From positions 327,554 to 391,553 of the forward strand of contig NIVC01000990.1 of the NCBI GenBank assembly GCA_002269645.1: a DNA stretch of 64,000 nucleotides, read 5' to 3'. The first letter of the stretch is position 1; every line of letters starts with the position of its first letter. The position numbers and the translations under genes are program-made. The notes under the pieces are model-generated. The model searched no databases. It saw only the letters and a list, made by a program, of their open reading frames with translations, and was not told the DNA's origin. Positions 11,901-24,326 of the stretch are shown in pieces. The DNA comes from Macrostomum lignano (Eukaryota).

Positions 11901-14900
11901 GAGAAATTTGGTTCCAGAGACGACGGCACCGGCTTTACCGAAAAAAATGTCACTTTTAAACCTCGAGGACGATGATGAAGGCAGCTCTGAGAATGAGCTA
12001 AACCCGATGGATATTTTACTTGCGAGCTACCTCTGCTGTGACAAAGAGGTGCAACAGATGCTCTGCAAAGCTCTGTTTGCTTGCAAGCTGGCTTTCCCAT
12101 TCATCTATTCAACTGTTGGCAAGCCTCTGGTCATGAGCAGCTGGAGCCTGAAAGACATTGTAGTTCAGTTCATAAACGAAAATGGCCAGTACATAGAGAC
12201 CAGCCTGATGACAGATTATCATTTCCCGGTGGTATCATTTGTGAGGATCGGAGATTTGCCTGTGTCGAAGTCCAAGTTGCTGAACTCCCTACTCAATGGC
12301 AGCAGTCATGAGACGTTCTTCCACAGAGACTGCACCAACGGCCACGCGCGCAGAGTCTGCAGCAACGGACTCGTTGAGGCCACCGTGTTTCTGCCGTCCA
12401 GAAACAATAAACTGACTCGAGCCTTCTTGGCAACAAACCTCAGAGGTGACTTGCTGGATTTTCGAGACAAATATCAGGTTTTAACTTCGGCCTCCAAAGT
12501 TTTAGTTGTCTTTGTGGACGTCAGCACCCTTTCACAGCCCGAGTGCTTTAGCCAGCTTCAAAGCATGTCAAAAATGAAGGAATTGGAAGTGATAGTGGTT
12601 CTCTACAAAACTCAAACACTCGCGAATCCGTTAAGTAGCGAGTCGATGAGCATCCTTAAATCATTTTCATGCGTTGATACAAAGAAAGGAAGACCAGAGC
12701 GTGAAATAGTTGGCGAAATCCAACAAAGGCTCTCAGAGTCATTGGCAAAGGACGGTATGGAGCAGAAATCTATCGGAGAAATCAAAGTTGACTTTGATGA
12801 CGGTTCTCTCGTTTCTCAGGCAAGACAGCTTTGCAGCTTCATCTTTGCAGAGGTAACGAAATGCGGAATCATGAACTTAAAGAAGAAGCATCTTCCTCTG
12901 CAAGAAAAATGGATGGACTACAGTCGCCACTACAAAAAAGAAAACTCTTCTAAGGCAACAGATGAAGCAAAGTTAGAAGCTCAGCATCAGCGTTTTAAAG
13001 CCAGACGCCAGCAAATGGGTCTGTGCGATCAACTCAGCCCCATTATGGAGGAGTTTCTTACCACACTGACAAAGATTGCTGACAATGAGCTTCTGGTTAA
13101 GCTTTGGCTTCAGTGTATTCGATCTTTCTTCGACACTTCTAGAGAGCATTTGCCAAAGCTTCAAAAAATGCAGAAGGAATTGCGGCAGCAAAAAGAAACT
13201 GCAGATGAATCATCCCCAACCACGATAGATGATCAGCTCAAAGAACTTGGCCATCAAATACTGCTTGCTTCCATTGGCCTGGAAAACCTATTCAGAGAGG
13301 CGGGCCAAGTCTACGAGGCCAGTTCAGCAGCCTCTTTAGAAAGCACAAAGACTTTCCAAGCGCTTGACATCAATCTGTTTCCACGCGTGATGGCCAAACT
13401 CTTGCTGTGCGGAGTTCCTCTTGAGATTCTCGACGGCGACGCTGGAAACATCCCGTCTGCCTGGATCTCTGCTATCCTCAAGAGCTGCCAGGAGCTGGTC
13501 GGCGACAAGAAGATTTACGTGATCTCCGTGCTCGGTCTGCAGAGCTCAGGCAAGTCCACTCTGCTCAACACCATGTTCGGACTGAAGTTCGCAGTGAGCG
13601 CAAGTCGCTGCACTCGAGGAGCATTTCTGCAGCTGGTTCCGGTGGAGTCAGCAATGCCGTTCGACTATGTCGCTGTGCTCGACACCGAGGGCCTGAGAGC
13701 TCCGGAGTTGGGTCTAGAAAAGTATCACCATGACAACGAGCTGGCTACATTGGTCCTTGGACTTGGCGACGTGACCATCATCAACATCAAAGGAGAGAAC
13801 GCTGCGGAGATGAATGAGATTCTGCAGATTGCGATTCACGCCTTCATCAGGATGAAGATGGGAAACAAAGATCGAGATCTGCACCGACATTGCATCTTCA
13901 TACACCAGAATGTAGCAGCGGCTGGAGCAAAAGAGATGGTGCAGGAAGCGACATTCAAGATACAACAGAAACTCGACAACATGGCGAAGGAGGCGGCTGA
14001 AGAAGAAGGTCTCCATGACGTGAATCGTTTCGGAGACATTTTGCAGTTCAACAGAGACACGGATATTTTCTTTATGTCAGATCTGTTACAAGGCGACCCT
14101 CCCATGGCTCCAGTGAATCCGGGCTACTCCATGGGTGTTCAAGAGGTTAAGCAGCACCTTTTACATATTCTTGATGAAGAACAGAAGCGCTATCTGGGAT
14201 TCAGCGACTTTTCTCATCGAGTAAATGATTTGTGGAAGGCCATACTGTCTGAGGACTTTGTGTTTAGCTTTAAAAGCAGTGTCGAACTCAAAGCTTATAA
14301 CATGATGGAGAATAAATTTCTCGAAGTAAAAAATCACATTGAAGAGTTGAGCGAAGACTGGCTTCATAGATCGGCTGCGATTCCCGTTAGAAAATGCGAA
14401 ATGGTCAGTGCTGTCGCAGATGCGCAGCAGAGGGCGATAAGTGAGCTTCGTGCTATGCTTGAAACTTGGCAGCAGCAAGGTCTGAATTCCTTAAACCTAT
14501 TTTTGGATAAGAACCAGTACAGTGAGTACACCATACAATGGAAGGAGCGAAAGTTAGTGTCCCTAAGGGATTGCATCAAAAGTCTAGAACAGTCACTTCG
14601 GCAGAAACTCCAATTCTTGTGCGATGGGCAAAAAGTTGAGCTTCAGCAAGGTTCACGGACGGAGGAGTGGGAGTCTAAGATCATAAGACGGGCCACCGAA
14701 CTTGCACCCACGCTAAAGAGCAGCTCAACAGAAAAAATTCTGCAGGAATTCGAAGCTCTGTGGCAGGAGTTCGCGCAGCAGCTGCCACCTGAGAGAACAG
14801 TCGACTTCGGAAGTATCGAAAGTCAAGTGGTAGATCAACTGCGAGAGATCTACTATAATGAAAAAAATTATGTGGGCCTATTTTTGGAGCAAATTCCATT

Positions 14901-16482
14901 AAAGAGACAATCAGTGGCTCGAAGTGATAGCTTACCTGAAATACTGTTTCCTAAAGGAGACACTGTTCAGCTCATCATACCAGAACGTTCGAATATCAAA
15001 CAATTAAAAAGTTATGTTTCCAGTAAGCCAGAGAAAGAAGAGCGCAATCTAGTGGTAGACGTTGTATCTGACATTCTCAAGGCAGTTCAAAGTCTTTGTG
15101 AGGATATGAGGGGGGACTTGACAGGAGTTTCTAAGGTTCATGTTAATCGAATACAAAAATACGTGTGTGATGCAGTAAACTCGTCTATCAGAATATCGAG
15201 CAATCATATCCGCACAACGCGTGCATTCGAAATCAAGGTAGTGGTCCTCGCCCTCAGCATTGCATATCCAACATTTGAGCAGATGACGCGGAATTTTTAC
15301 GAAGCCAACAGCATCAAAACAAAGCTGGCCGATACGAAGACAAAGATGTTGAATTTATTTGAAAACATTGTCCGCCGGCAGGCCGAAGCCAAGATTGTGG
15401 CTGATTTCATTCGTGACCATCTGTACTCGGTGATGAAACAGGCTTTCCAGGAAAGAATGGCAGGTAAATTGAGAGGAGTAATGCGGAACGAGATCGGCAG
15501 GACAAAGTACCAGCTCATTGTTCGCATGCTGACCGACATAGCACAGAGACGTGACGCAGAATCGATCCTTCAATACGTGAGAGATTCCCATACTACTGCT
15601 CTGAAATGGCTAACGCAATTCATAAACCGTCAGCTGTTTCAGAGAACACCAGATGGCAATACTGTATTTTCAGGCCATCTCGAGTCATCGCTCATTGCGC
15701 CGATAATTGCGGTGACTGAAGAAGCGGCAAGAGTGGCGGCAACTCGGTGCACCTCGCTGAAAGTTTGGATCGATGAATTCTGTAAAGAAATCAAAAAAGA
15801 GTTCGTTGTGCTTCCTAGACACTTACAGCATGTCTGCACTTACGAATCTACTGTAAAAGTGGAAGACATGCTGAAGCATCTTTTAGGCGGCCTGGGCGAC
15901 CTCAAGTCCACACTAATAAAGCACTTCGCTAGTATGAACGAGTCAACAGTCAGATGGCATGGAGACTCCACTCTCTACTCCGATGTGCTTCAGAGCCTTT
16001 GGGGCTGCAACGAACGCTGCCCTTTCTGTAGCGAGCCGTGCTGCAAGTCTCAGGAAAATCACCACGAAAAAGACGGCAGCCCACATTGCTGCATTCAGCA
16101 CAGACCGCATGGAGTGAATGGTGTTTGTTATATTGGAACTGACCAGTTAAAATTTGAAAACTGCGAATGTCTTACATGTAGCGGTGACAGATTTTCATGT
16201 TGGATTTGCAAGCGAAGGGGTAAGCAGACGCCAAACTGTCGAGGAGACGACAGCGAACAAGAAGTGTATCACCCTTACAAAGAGTACAAAAAGTACTTTC
16301 CAGAGTGGGAGATTGATCCCGACGCAGGAAACGATTCGGCAAAGTTTTGGCACTGGTTCTCGTGGACATTTAAGGACAAGCTGCAGGCTAAGTATCAAAA
16401 AGGAATCGAACAGTTGCCTCCGACCTGGGAACTGGTTTCCAAGAAGGAGGCGATCGACAGCCTGCGCTTCTTGTTGGATTGA
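8915..16482 (+). CDS. Very large inducible GTPase (VLIG/GVIN1-URGCP family) with a predicted LIM-type N-terminal exon; exons 8915-9026 and 11156-16482 (about 1812 aa)
   Basis: The 1767-aa ORF has the URGCP-like SFVRIG..SKSKLLN..HETFFHR block, [37 protein letters not shown] and the Cys/His-rich tail [25 protein letters not shown]. The ORF has no proper ATG start. The acceptor TTTTATACAG at 11155 is phase-compatible with the LIM exon donor GTAAGT at 9027. The family call is high confidence; the splice is inferred. Confidence 0.85.
9250..10890 (-). mobile_element. Internally deleted RNase H-bearing non-LTR retrotransposon (LOA/R1/I-like) inside the LIM-VLIG intron
   Basis: Minus-strand translation gives the APE N-terminus [26 protein letters not shown] (about 10290-10505), RNase [22 protein letters not shown] (about 9670-9735), [10 protein letters not shown], and the C-terminal knuckle [17 protein letters not shown] (about 9410-9460). 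No RT core was seen; stops and frameshifts are present. Confidence 0.75.
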
Positions 16483-17153
16483 GTCGCTCGTTACTTGCAT
16501 TGGTCCTGAAGGCAGGAACTGTGTTTAAATGCACGCTTATCTATTGGAGCTAAAACTCGTAAATATTCAGTTTGTGCAAGTGTGCCTGTGTGTGTACAGT
16601 ATTATTTTTTAGTGTGCGCGGTACAGCAAGAAATTTTGTTTATATAAATTTGATTTTTCTTTCACGATCAGCACATAGTGAGGAAATACGAAAATGTTCA
16701 GCAAGATTCCATGCACGTGTAAGCTGGGAAGGATTTCTCAAACTCATGCAACTATTTGTTAAGAGTTTGGGCACGGACTTAGGATTGGTATATTTTTATA
16801 GCTAGCTATAGCAAGGCTGCTTTCGAGGGTGGATCGGAGCACTATATTTTGAAATTCCCTCTTAAACTTCGGTATATGTATAGCAAGCAGATCATGCATC
16901 AAGGGAGATTTCATAAATCCTTCGTTTAGGTAATTGCGATTGCATTGCAGTAGTACAAGCTGTAAACTGTTGTTTGCAAGCGCTAAACTTAACAACCGCT
17001 AAACCTTTGCAGTTGATAGATACTTTGTTGCAATGTTTCCATTAAGCATGAATGATAGCTAGCTATTTCTAAAAAAAATGTTTTCGCCTTTCGTGTTCAG
17101 CTTTCCGACAAAATTTTTCTTTGTTTCTGCAAATTTAAAATTTTAATGTCCAG

Positions 17154-17808
17154 TTCATAATGTCGATCGTCGATCGGCGAGTTTATGCTGCTAGAGTACC
17201 GGCACCGCTACTTTAATCAGCGGCCCTTCCGGTACTCCAATGTGCCAATTGGTGTCTTTACGACCACGCAGGCCCGGCTGCGCCTGTACGAGGCATTGGA
17301 GGGGCTCGGCGAACGGGCCATTTACTGCGACACTGACTCGTAAGTATTGCATTGATAAATTCTTTTAGAATTGAATAGTTGGCATGTGGAACTAATTATC
17401 TCTCTCCCCACACCCAGGGTCGTTTACCGGCATTCCGAGGGCCAATGGGAGCCGCCCCATGGCACGAGCCTCGGAATGTGGACCGACGAGGTGCCCGCAG
17501 GCAGCCGGATGACCGACTTTGTAAGTGGGGGGCCCAAACTCTACACTTACATTGTCGAGGATGCGGCCGGTGTCCGGAGCCAGGTCCTGAAATGCAAGGG
17601 CATCCGCCTGACTCCGGAGATTCGGGAGCGCAGTGACGACTTGCGCAATGCCCTGTTACACGGCGGCTCCCTGAAACTGCCGCAGTTTCAGTTCAGGCGC
17701 GACAAGGCGTCTTGTACCATACACACGATCAATATGGACAAGACGTTTCAGCGCGTCCTGACGAAGCGCGTGTACGGGGCCTGCAGCCGGCCTTATGGCT
17801 ATAAATAA
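17154..17808 (+). mobile_element. Polinton/Maverick/adintovirus protein-primed DNA polymerase B, C-terminal fragment with a 78-nt intron (17340-17417)
   Basis: NVPIGVFTTTQARLRLYEALEGLGERAIYCDTD-S|VVY..LGMWTDE..FVSGGPKLYTY..KCKGIRL..KRVY..PYGY*. GTAAGT donor and CCCAG acceptor. Probable frameshift near 17165. Confidence 0.85.
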
Positions 17809-18524
17809 TGTAATCCAATTATAACTGACGATTCAATGTACATTTCGCAATATTAAATTAGTAAAATCTATTTATTGCACATAATTTGCATTGTAATACT
17901 GCTGTATTTATCAGAATCTATTTGCTGTATATATAATTCATGTACATAGAGCATTTTTGTATTGTGTGTAGCGAAATTGCCAATGTAAAAATCTATTGTA
18001 CATATTTTGCATGTCAGACCTGTTTAAAATCATTTATGAAGAGAAAATTATTGAAAAACAATGTAAAATTTTCTGTATATTCTATTTGCTGGTGATGGTG
18101 TACATGTCTTGATTCCTGTAATATGCTACTGATTAAATGTAAATATATCTTCATTGTAAATACTTATACATGATGTGCGCTACACTGTTAGTTGACTCAT
18201 TTGGTAGTAGATGAGATTAGTAATTCTCGCCTCTGCGTACATGTAGTATTGTACATGTAATTTTGGTGCGCGCTCAGACCGTCTGGGGATGACACTGTAG
18301 ATTAATGTGAGTGTACATATAGAATTGGGGATAGACATGGACATTTGAGATATGGATTAATGTACATATCCAATTTGGGATAGATAGGGATTAATGTACA
18401 TGGAATTAATATGAGCACATGGATTATTACAACTACATATTGGCATATATCACGCTTAGGATAGCGTTTTTGTATACTACTTACTTCATTTTTCAGATAG
18501 TAGTATAATTTGCGTTTTTTGCGT

Positions 18525-21150
18525 CAAATCTGCCTAAAAACCCAGCAGTTTCTACGCGTTATGTAGTGTAAAGCATTGGCCAAGCGATGCTCCAATGGTC
18601 AAGAAAAACTCTACCAAAAGGCCAATTAATCCTCCTTCTGTTTTTAATGGAGTTCCTAGCTCGTGTTTTGTTCAGAACCAAGGTACGTAACTTAAAGATT
18701 GCTCAACACTTAGCGTCTATATCGATTTTGCCGCTCACAATTATCTTACTTTTATTTTTACTCTTATTTTAGACCAAGACAGACAGGCCGAAAAGCGCGG
18801 TGTTCTTTCTGACGCGAGGTGCAGCGACATTGATGAGATGGACGCTTTTCAGCTGCTTGATTTTTTGCCGGCATGGGAAAGTTTTCGAGCTGAGGTGAAA
18901 AATTCGGATGTCGTATCTCGACATGCACTGAACACAGCTGTTCTGAACGAGACGTTTACTTGTTTACGTTAGATAAAGATGGAGACCTGTCTGCTCGAAT
19001 TTTTGTCTCACCCAACTTTCTGATTCGTGCATTCAAACTGTATACACCGATTTCGGTTCGAGACTTGTTGGGATTTCAACCGACACTCAAGCGCTGGTCG
19101 CAACTGGATGCTGTTGTCGTGCGGTGCAAAAATTCCGACGCCAATCCCCAACGTGAAGTCGACGTGTTTGTTAGTAGAATCAGTGATGATATAGATTCTG
19201 ACTCTGATTTGGATCCGTCGCTTCAGTTTTTGATTCGACAACTTAGCCTTACATTAGTAAATCGGAACAATCGCCGCTATGACATTTCACTAGTGCGACA
19301 GTCAGCATTGCTCTACTTGATCAGTAGTTCGGCTTACTCTTACCTACGGAAGCTATTGCCATTGCCTCATCCCCGAACGCTGCAGCTGCAACTAGCAGGT
19401 ACAGGAGAAGTTGGCACAGAAACCGACGCAGCCGATGTGATCCAGTCAGTTTTTGCTAGTCTATCAGGAGCTCAGCGAAACTGCGTAATATGTTTGACGA
19501 AATGTACATACAACCGTCCGTTCGATATCGATGCCGTCACCTGGGTCGAGCCGTCGACGATCCGGACCAGGTTGCTAGGACAATTTTGGCCATAATGGTG
19601 AAGCCATTACTTGGTGGAAAACCGTTTGTAGTCCGACTATTGCCGACATACATTTTGTCTGCGGAGTTTCTGCGAAAATGCGTCAGCCAATGTATTAAAG
19701 CAATTAACAACAACGGTGGCCGTGTCGTTGCTCTCGTCAGCGACAATCACCCGACCAACCGCAAGTGTTTTGCTTTATTTAGCGATGGAAGAGAGAAGCC
19801 ATGGATTGGAACGGATGCTGCACAGGAGTCGGAATTCTTCATGCTGTTCGATTTCGTTCACATTATCAAATGCATTCGCAACAATTGGCAAATGGAAGCG
19901 AATGGAATTCTAAGCATTCAACCTCCTGGCGCTGACAGACAGATATCCGCTAAATGGTCAGACATGGTACGCCTGTACCAAATGGAGAAAGACCACGTAG
20001 TCAAGCGCACATGTCTAACTCATGAGGCCTGTTATCCCACAAGCACTCAGAAAACTAAAGTCAGTCTCGCTCTCCAAGTTCTCGATGAAAGGGTTGCCGC
20101 TGCATTGAAGTGTGATGGATACTCAGACACTGCGGAATTTATCAAAACCATAGTGAGATTCTGGAAAATTGTCAATTGTAAAAATCCTGATCTACACGCA
20201 CGACTACGGGATCCGGACAGGCGACCAGTCTATTCCGTTCAAGATGAAAGCATACAATTTCTTAGCGCGCTCGCGGATTCGTTTGATACGACACATTGTG
20301 GAAAAGGCCGAGCTCGCCATCATTCATTGACGCCCGAGACCAAGTCAGCGCTAGTAAACTCACTGCGCGGAGCCTGTGAGATGTGTGAGGTTCTTTTGTC
20401 CGACCCACGAATCAGCTACGTTCTGCTGGCTGGCTGGCGTATATCGCCAAATGAGCGGCGGCAACTACTATGTATCTGTGGAGCAAGTGCTGCTCAGTGC
20501 TCGACTCCGACGAATGAAATTATTGGCATCCCTTGAATTAGCAGACTACAAGCACGATCGGAGCAAATGTTGCAATGAACAGCTGAATGAAATTGAACTG
20601 GCGACCATTGATAATTGTGCTGCTAAATCAGAGGAGCTTTCCATTTCGGAGATGGCTTCGCTCTACTATATCGCAGGTAAGCTGGATATTAATTAAAATT
20701 TAATTCACAACGAGGTTTTACACAATCTCATAAAAACAATTCAAACCGTGCTTAATTGGAAATTGACAGGTTATACAGCGACTAAAGAAGGCAGGCATCA
20801 TAGGAACAGATTTGATATCAGAGACGAGCATTCCAGCCAGCGAATTCACTGAAGAGTTATCTCGCGGAAAGCTTTGTCATCCTCCACAATGGCTGTTAGA
20901 CTTATCCTGTCTCTGCTACAGCAGTTTTATTCTGCACTCTCGTACGTGCGCAACTCGCGTGCAGAAGCTGTTTTATGTTATTAAGGACTTTTACTTTCCA
21001 ACTAAGACACAGTTCAGCATGGACAGTGTCCCGTCGGCTAGCCAACGTTTTTTTCAAAGGACTAGTAAGACGCTCGTCAAAACTCCCACCAATACCGACG
21101 ACATCCCATGATAGAAAGCTTCGGAAGTTAGATGCTCAGTAGGTGAAGTT
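18525..21150 (+). mobile_element. THAP-domain P-element (THAP9-like) transposase relic with introns and frameshifts
   Basis: THAP remnant C.VKHWP..RPINPPSVF; SAYSYLRKLLPLPHPRTL; FDEMYI; VVALVSDNHPTNRK; LFDFVHIIKCIRNNW; KVSLALQV. Short GT-AG introns at about 18682-18771 and 20677-20770. No TIRs were found. Confidence 0.8.
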
Positions 21151-23695
21151 CCAGCGTTTCCTTTATGTACGAGCTACTGATTGTTTGTGTCGTCTTGTCC
21201 TTGGAGTTCCGTATTTGCTTCTATCTTCTTGCCGTTGGAGTTTCATCTTTGCTTTCATCTTTTATCTTCTTGCCGTTGGAGTTTTTTTGTTGATATGGCG
21301 GTTACTTTATTGTAAATACATTGTAATTATATCACTGGTTCCTATTCTTTAAATTAAATACTCGACATTGCCTCGCTTTACTATTTAATCTAACCGTTAA
21401 TGCCTGATAGCAGAGAAGACTTGAAAAAGCCATAGAACAATACTTTTAAGCGAGCCCCTCAGATTTTTTGCCATGAATTGGCTCGTTTCGCGTCCCGAGG
21501 GTTTTAGTTGTCCCTGGACGCAACCATAATTCTAGACATCTGTGCGCAATTTTCTTTTACGTTTAGGCAATAACAATATTTTAACCAATTCAGAAAGATA
21601 CAAAACCGTTATACATATAATACCAGCCGTGCTAGCATTCAAGAATCAAGTTTTGTTTTAATCACGATATCAGGCGAGCTAGTTATCAGGTCTGGGCGTT
21701 CTTCATAATGTTTGGTGTCCCTATAGAGACAATTTAAAATTTTTAGTAAACTCATTGCATTATATTTTTTGAATTTTCTAAAATAACAATCATGTAAAAA
21801 GTCTTGCTAATGTTTCGAATGTTAATTTGTGTCAAATTACGATCGTAAATTCGATTTTGCTTAGATCGCTCAGAGAGCGAAGCTATCTCTGATTGGCTTC
21901 CAGCCTTCTGACGTCACGGACGTGTTTCTAAAAACAGGATTATCACGTCTGGTCGCATTAAGGAAGATAGCGACTTAGTTTTGGGGGTTCTGCTAGATGG
22001 GTTCAGAAAACAAAATAATCAAACGAGAACAATACCGGTAGAAGCAATTATCGAGAGCAATCGAGAAGGAGAATTATGGTCTAGCACAGCCTCTTATAGG
22101 AAAAGAAAGAGCTGCAATTTCGAGTGCGATTTTCAGGAACTGAATGAATCTAAGTCTGGGGTTTTATGTGTGGAAGGCAAGTCACCTCTATTTTGTTTCT
22201 GTTTATTGGCGTTTTTCTACTTGTCACTGACCGAAAAGAACTTTCTAAGACGCTCGTAGACCTCGTAAAAAAACAGGAAATAAGAAAGGAAACAGTGCGA
22301 GAGAGACAGAGTGAGCAGGGGAGATTGCGCAATTTGGGGGGAGAGAGAAAGAGTGAAAAGTATGCACTATGTATAATTAGTATTTGATTATAGAACACTA
22401 GTAGGGGCATTACAGTAGGTGAAAGAATGACGTCAATAGTAAAAAATAGAATTACGAGCTATTATTGTCATTATTATCAGATGCGCCCGGAGAGCGGGTG
22501 CTGATTGTGAATTAATTTCTTTCGGGGATTTAAAATAAAGTCTCGTACACAAACAGAGCCAGAGTACTTGAGCCTTCTTCGGTACACCGATGAAGTCAGG
22601 GCTGCTGCATCCCTACTCGTGGCTTGTGTCACGTCTTTGACTCATCATACCTCTTTCTTCTTTGAGTCGTCCAGGTAAAAATACCTTGTCCTCATTGTTT
22701 CTCAGACCAGTTTATGGTTTGCTATTATATAGGGTGTACTTTAAATCTGGATAGAATTTTTTAGAACATGAGTAGTGTAGCTACCATTTAAAACTATAGA
22801 CAATTAGTATTGCAGAGTTCTCTACTCTTTGTCTCCGGCAGTTTTTCGTAAACTCCAATTCCAAACCAGCTTTGTGTGCGTTCTAATTGATTTCACTATT
22901 CCTTTCAGTTGTACTGCCAACCTTTCTGCAAACTGGATCCCCGGCTAGTCTCGAAGATGATGGAGTCTGGCCGATTGGCGAGTGAGGCCTCCGTGGTACT
23001 GAATAATTACTTCTCTTTTGGATATTGTATAGTAAAGGCAGTCTGCCCAGCTCTGGGCGGGCTGGCTGGCCATTACTGTCAGTATTTTAAGCTAATCAGT
23101 AGAATTGCCTTGTTAGTTGTGAATTTGGTCCTCTGGATTAGACTTCCGTCCCAGGGTTCCAGGAAACGAATTGCCTCCTAAGGCCCCAGAGGCGCGCGCT
23201 TTCAACCATGGCAGTGCAAATGAGAATCAGTTCTACTAGCATCTGAAGACAGTTGGCACGAGACTATACACGGACGGTTGCAGGCAAAAAGACGGAGATG
23301 CGGCGCGGGAGACGGCAGCGAGGCAGAAAGACGCTTATTTTGCAAAATACTGCTAGAATTGCTGCTCTTACCCAGTAGCTCTCTGTTCGGGTCTGCTCAA
23401 CCGTTAATTGACGTTACTGCCATCATCTCACTTCAGCTAAAGCATTGAGATTTATCATCTATGATAAAGGAAATTGGGATGCCATTTTGAGCTGGATTTT
23501 TTTACCTAGCCTAGCAACGAATCGATTTCAATTGTTTTTTTATTTTCTCACACTAATTCTAAATAATTCACGGCGTTGCTAACAACAAGCTTGGGAATTG
23601 GCAACTGCTGTACATGTACCGGATCAAGTCCCATTGAACATGTAGATAGTAGATTTACCCATATGCTCGTAGCTTTTCACCAATCTAACTACTAT

Positions 23696-24078
23696 GGGGC
23701 CGTAGCCCAGTGGTCTGGCGCGGCGCTCGGATGTGCCAGCGGCCCAGGCTCGATTCCAAATGCAGCTATGTTAATTATATTTGGGGCTGAATTTGAATCT
23801 CGGCTTGGCTTTGCTCGTACAATTAACGCCCTTGATGGCCAACCCCCAAGGCACAGTGAAGTGTACATGCCTAACGATAAATAAATTTTGGGCCGCTGTA
23901 CACTCCTGTGTGAGTGTGTGCCTGTGCGTCTGACTGTGTACGCATCCGCGCGCTTGTATGCCTGCTCAGGGGAGTCGGCGGAATAGGCAGTAATGCCTCT
24001 CACCGGATGTGTGACAATGTCGCTTGAAGTGCGCCGGGGTGCACACAGCACCATAAAACCTCAGCAATTTGAATTTGA
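23696..24078 (+). mobile_element. Full-length tRNA-derived SINE (about 380 bp)
   Basis: tRNA-like head GGGGCCGTAGCCCAGTGG with A box (23703-23713) and B box GGCTCGATTCC (23747-23757), a unique body and a TTTGAA-repeat tail. Three other copies occur in the window. Confidence 0.8.
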
Positions 24079-24326
24079 ACAGAGTGATTTGAATCGATCA
24101 GAAAAGTGCAGATTCCCTGTATGTAAAAAAGTAAGTGTGAGAGAAAAATCGTCGGATTCAACCAAAAGATGTTCAGGGACGGTCCCAGCGCCTTCTCCAA
24201 TATATTTAACACAAAATCGAGCCAATACAAAATCGATATTTTGCCAGTCAAGTCAAAGAATGTCAACGCATCCGCTAGGAAACAAAAAGATGGCAATCGC
24301 TGAGCCGCATAAATCCGTTGACGTCG

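Noticed and set aside
16949-18481. AGTAGT ... ACTACT around the pPolB fragment as possible Maverick termini
   Set aside because: No extended TIR beyond about 7 bp and no 6-bp TSD.
23696-23760. tRNA gene
   Set aside because: No complete cloverleaf or acceptor stem, no T-run terminator, and the head is fused to a dispersed repeat body; called a SINE instead.
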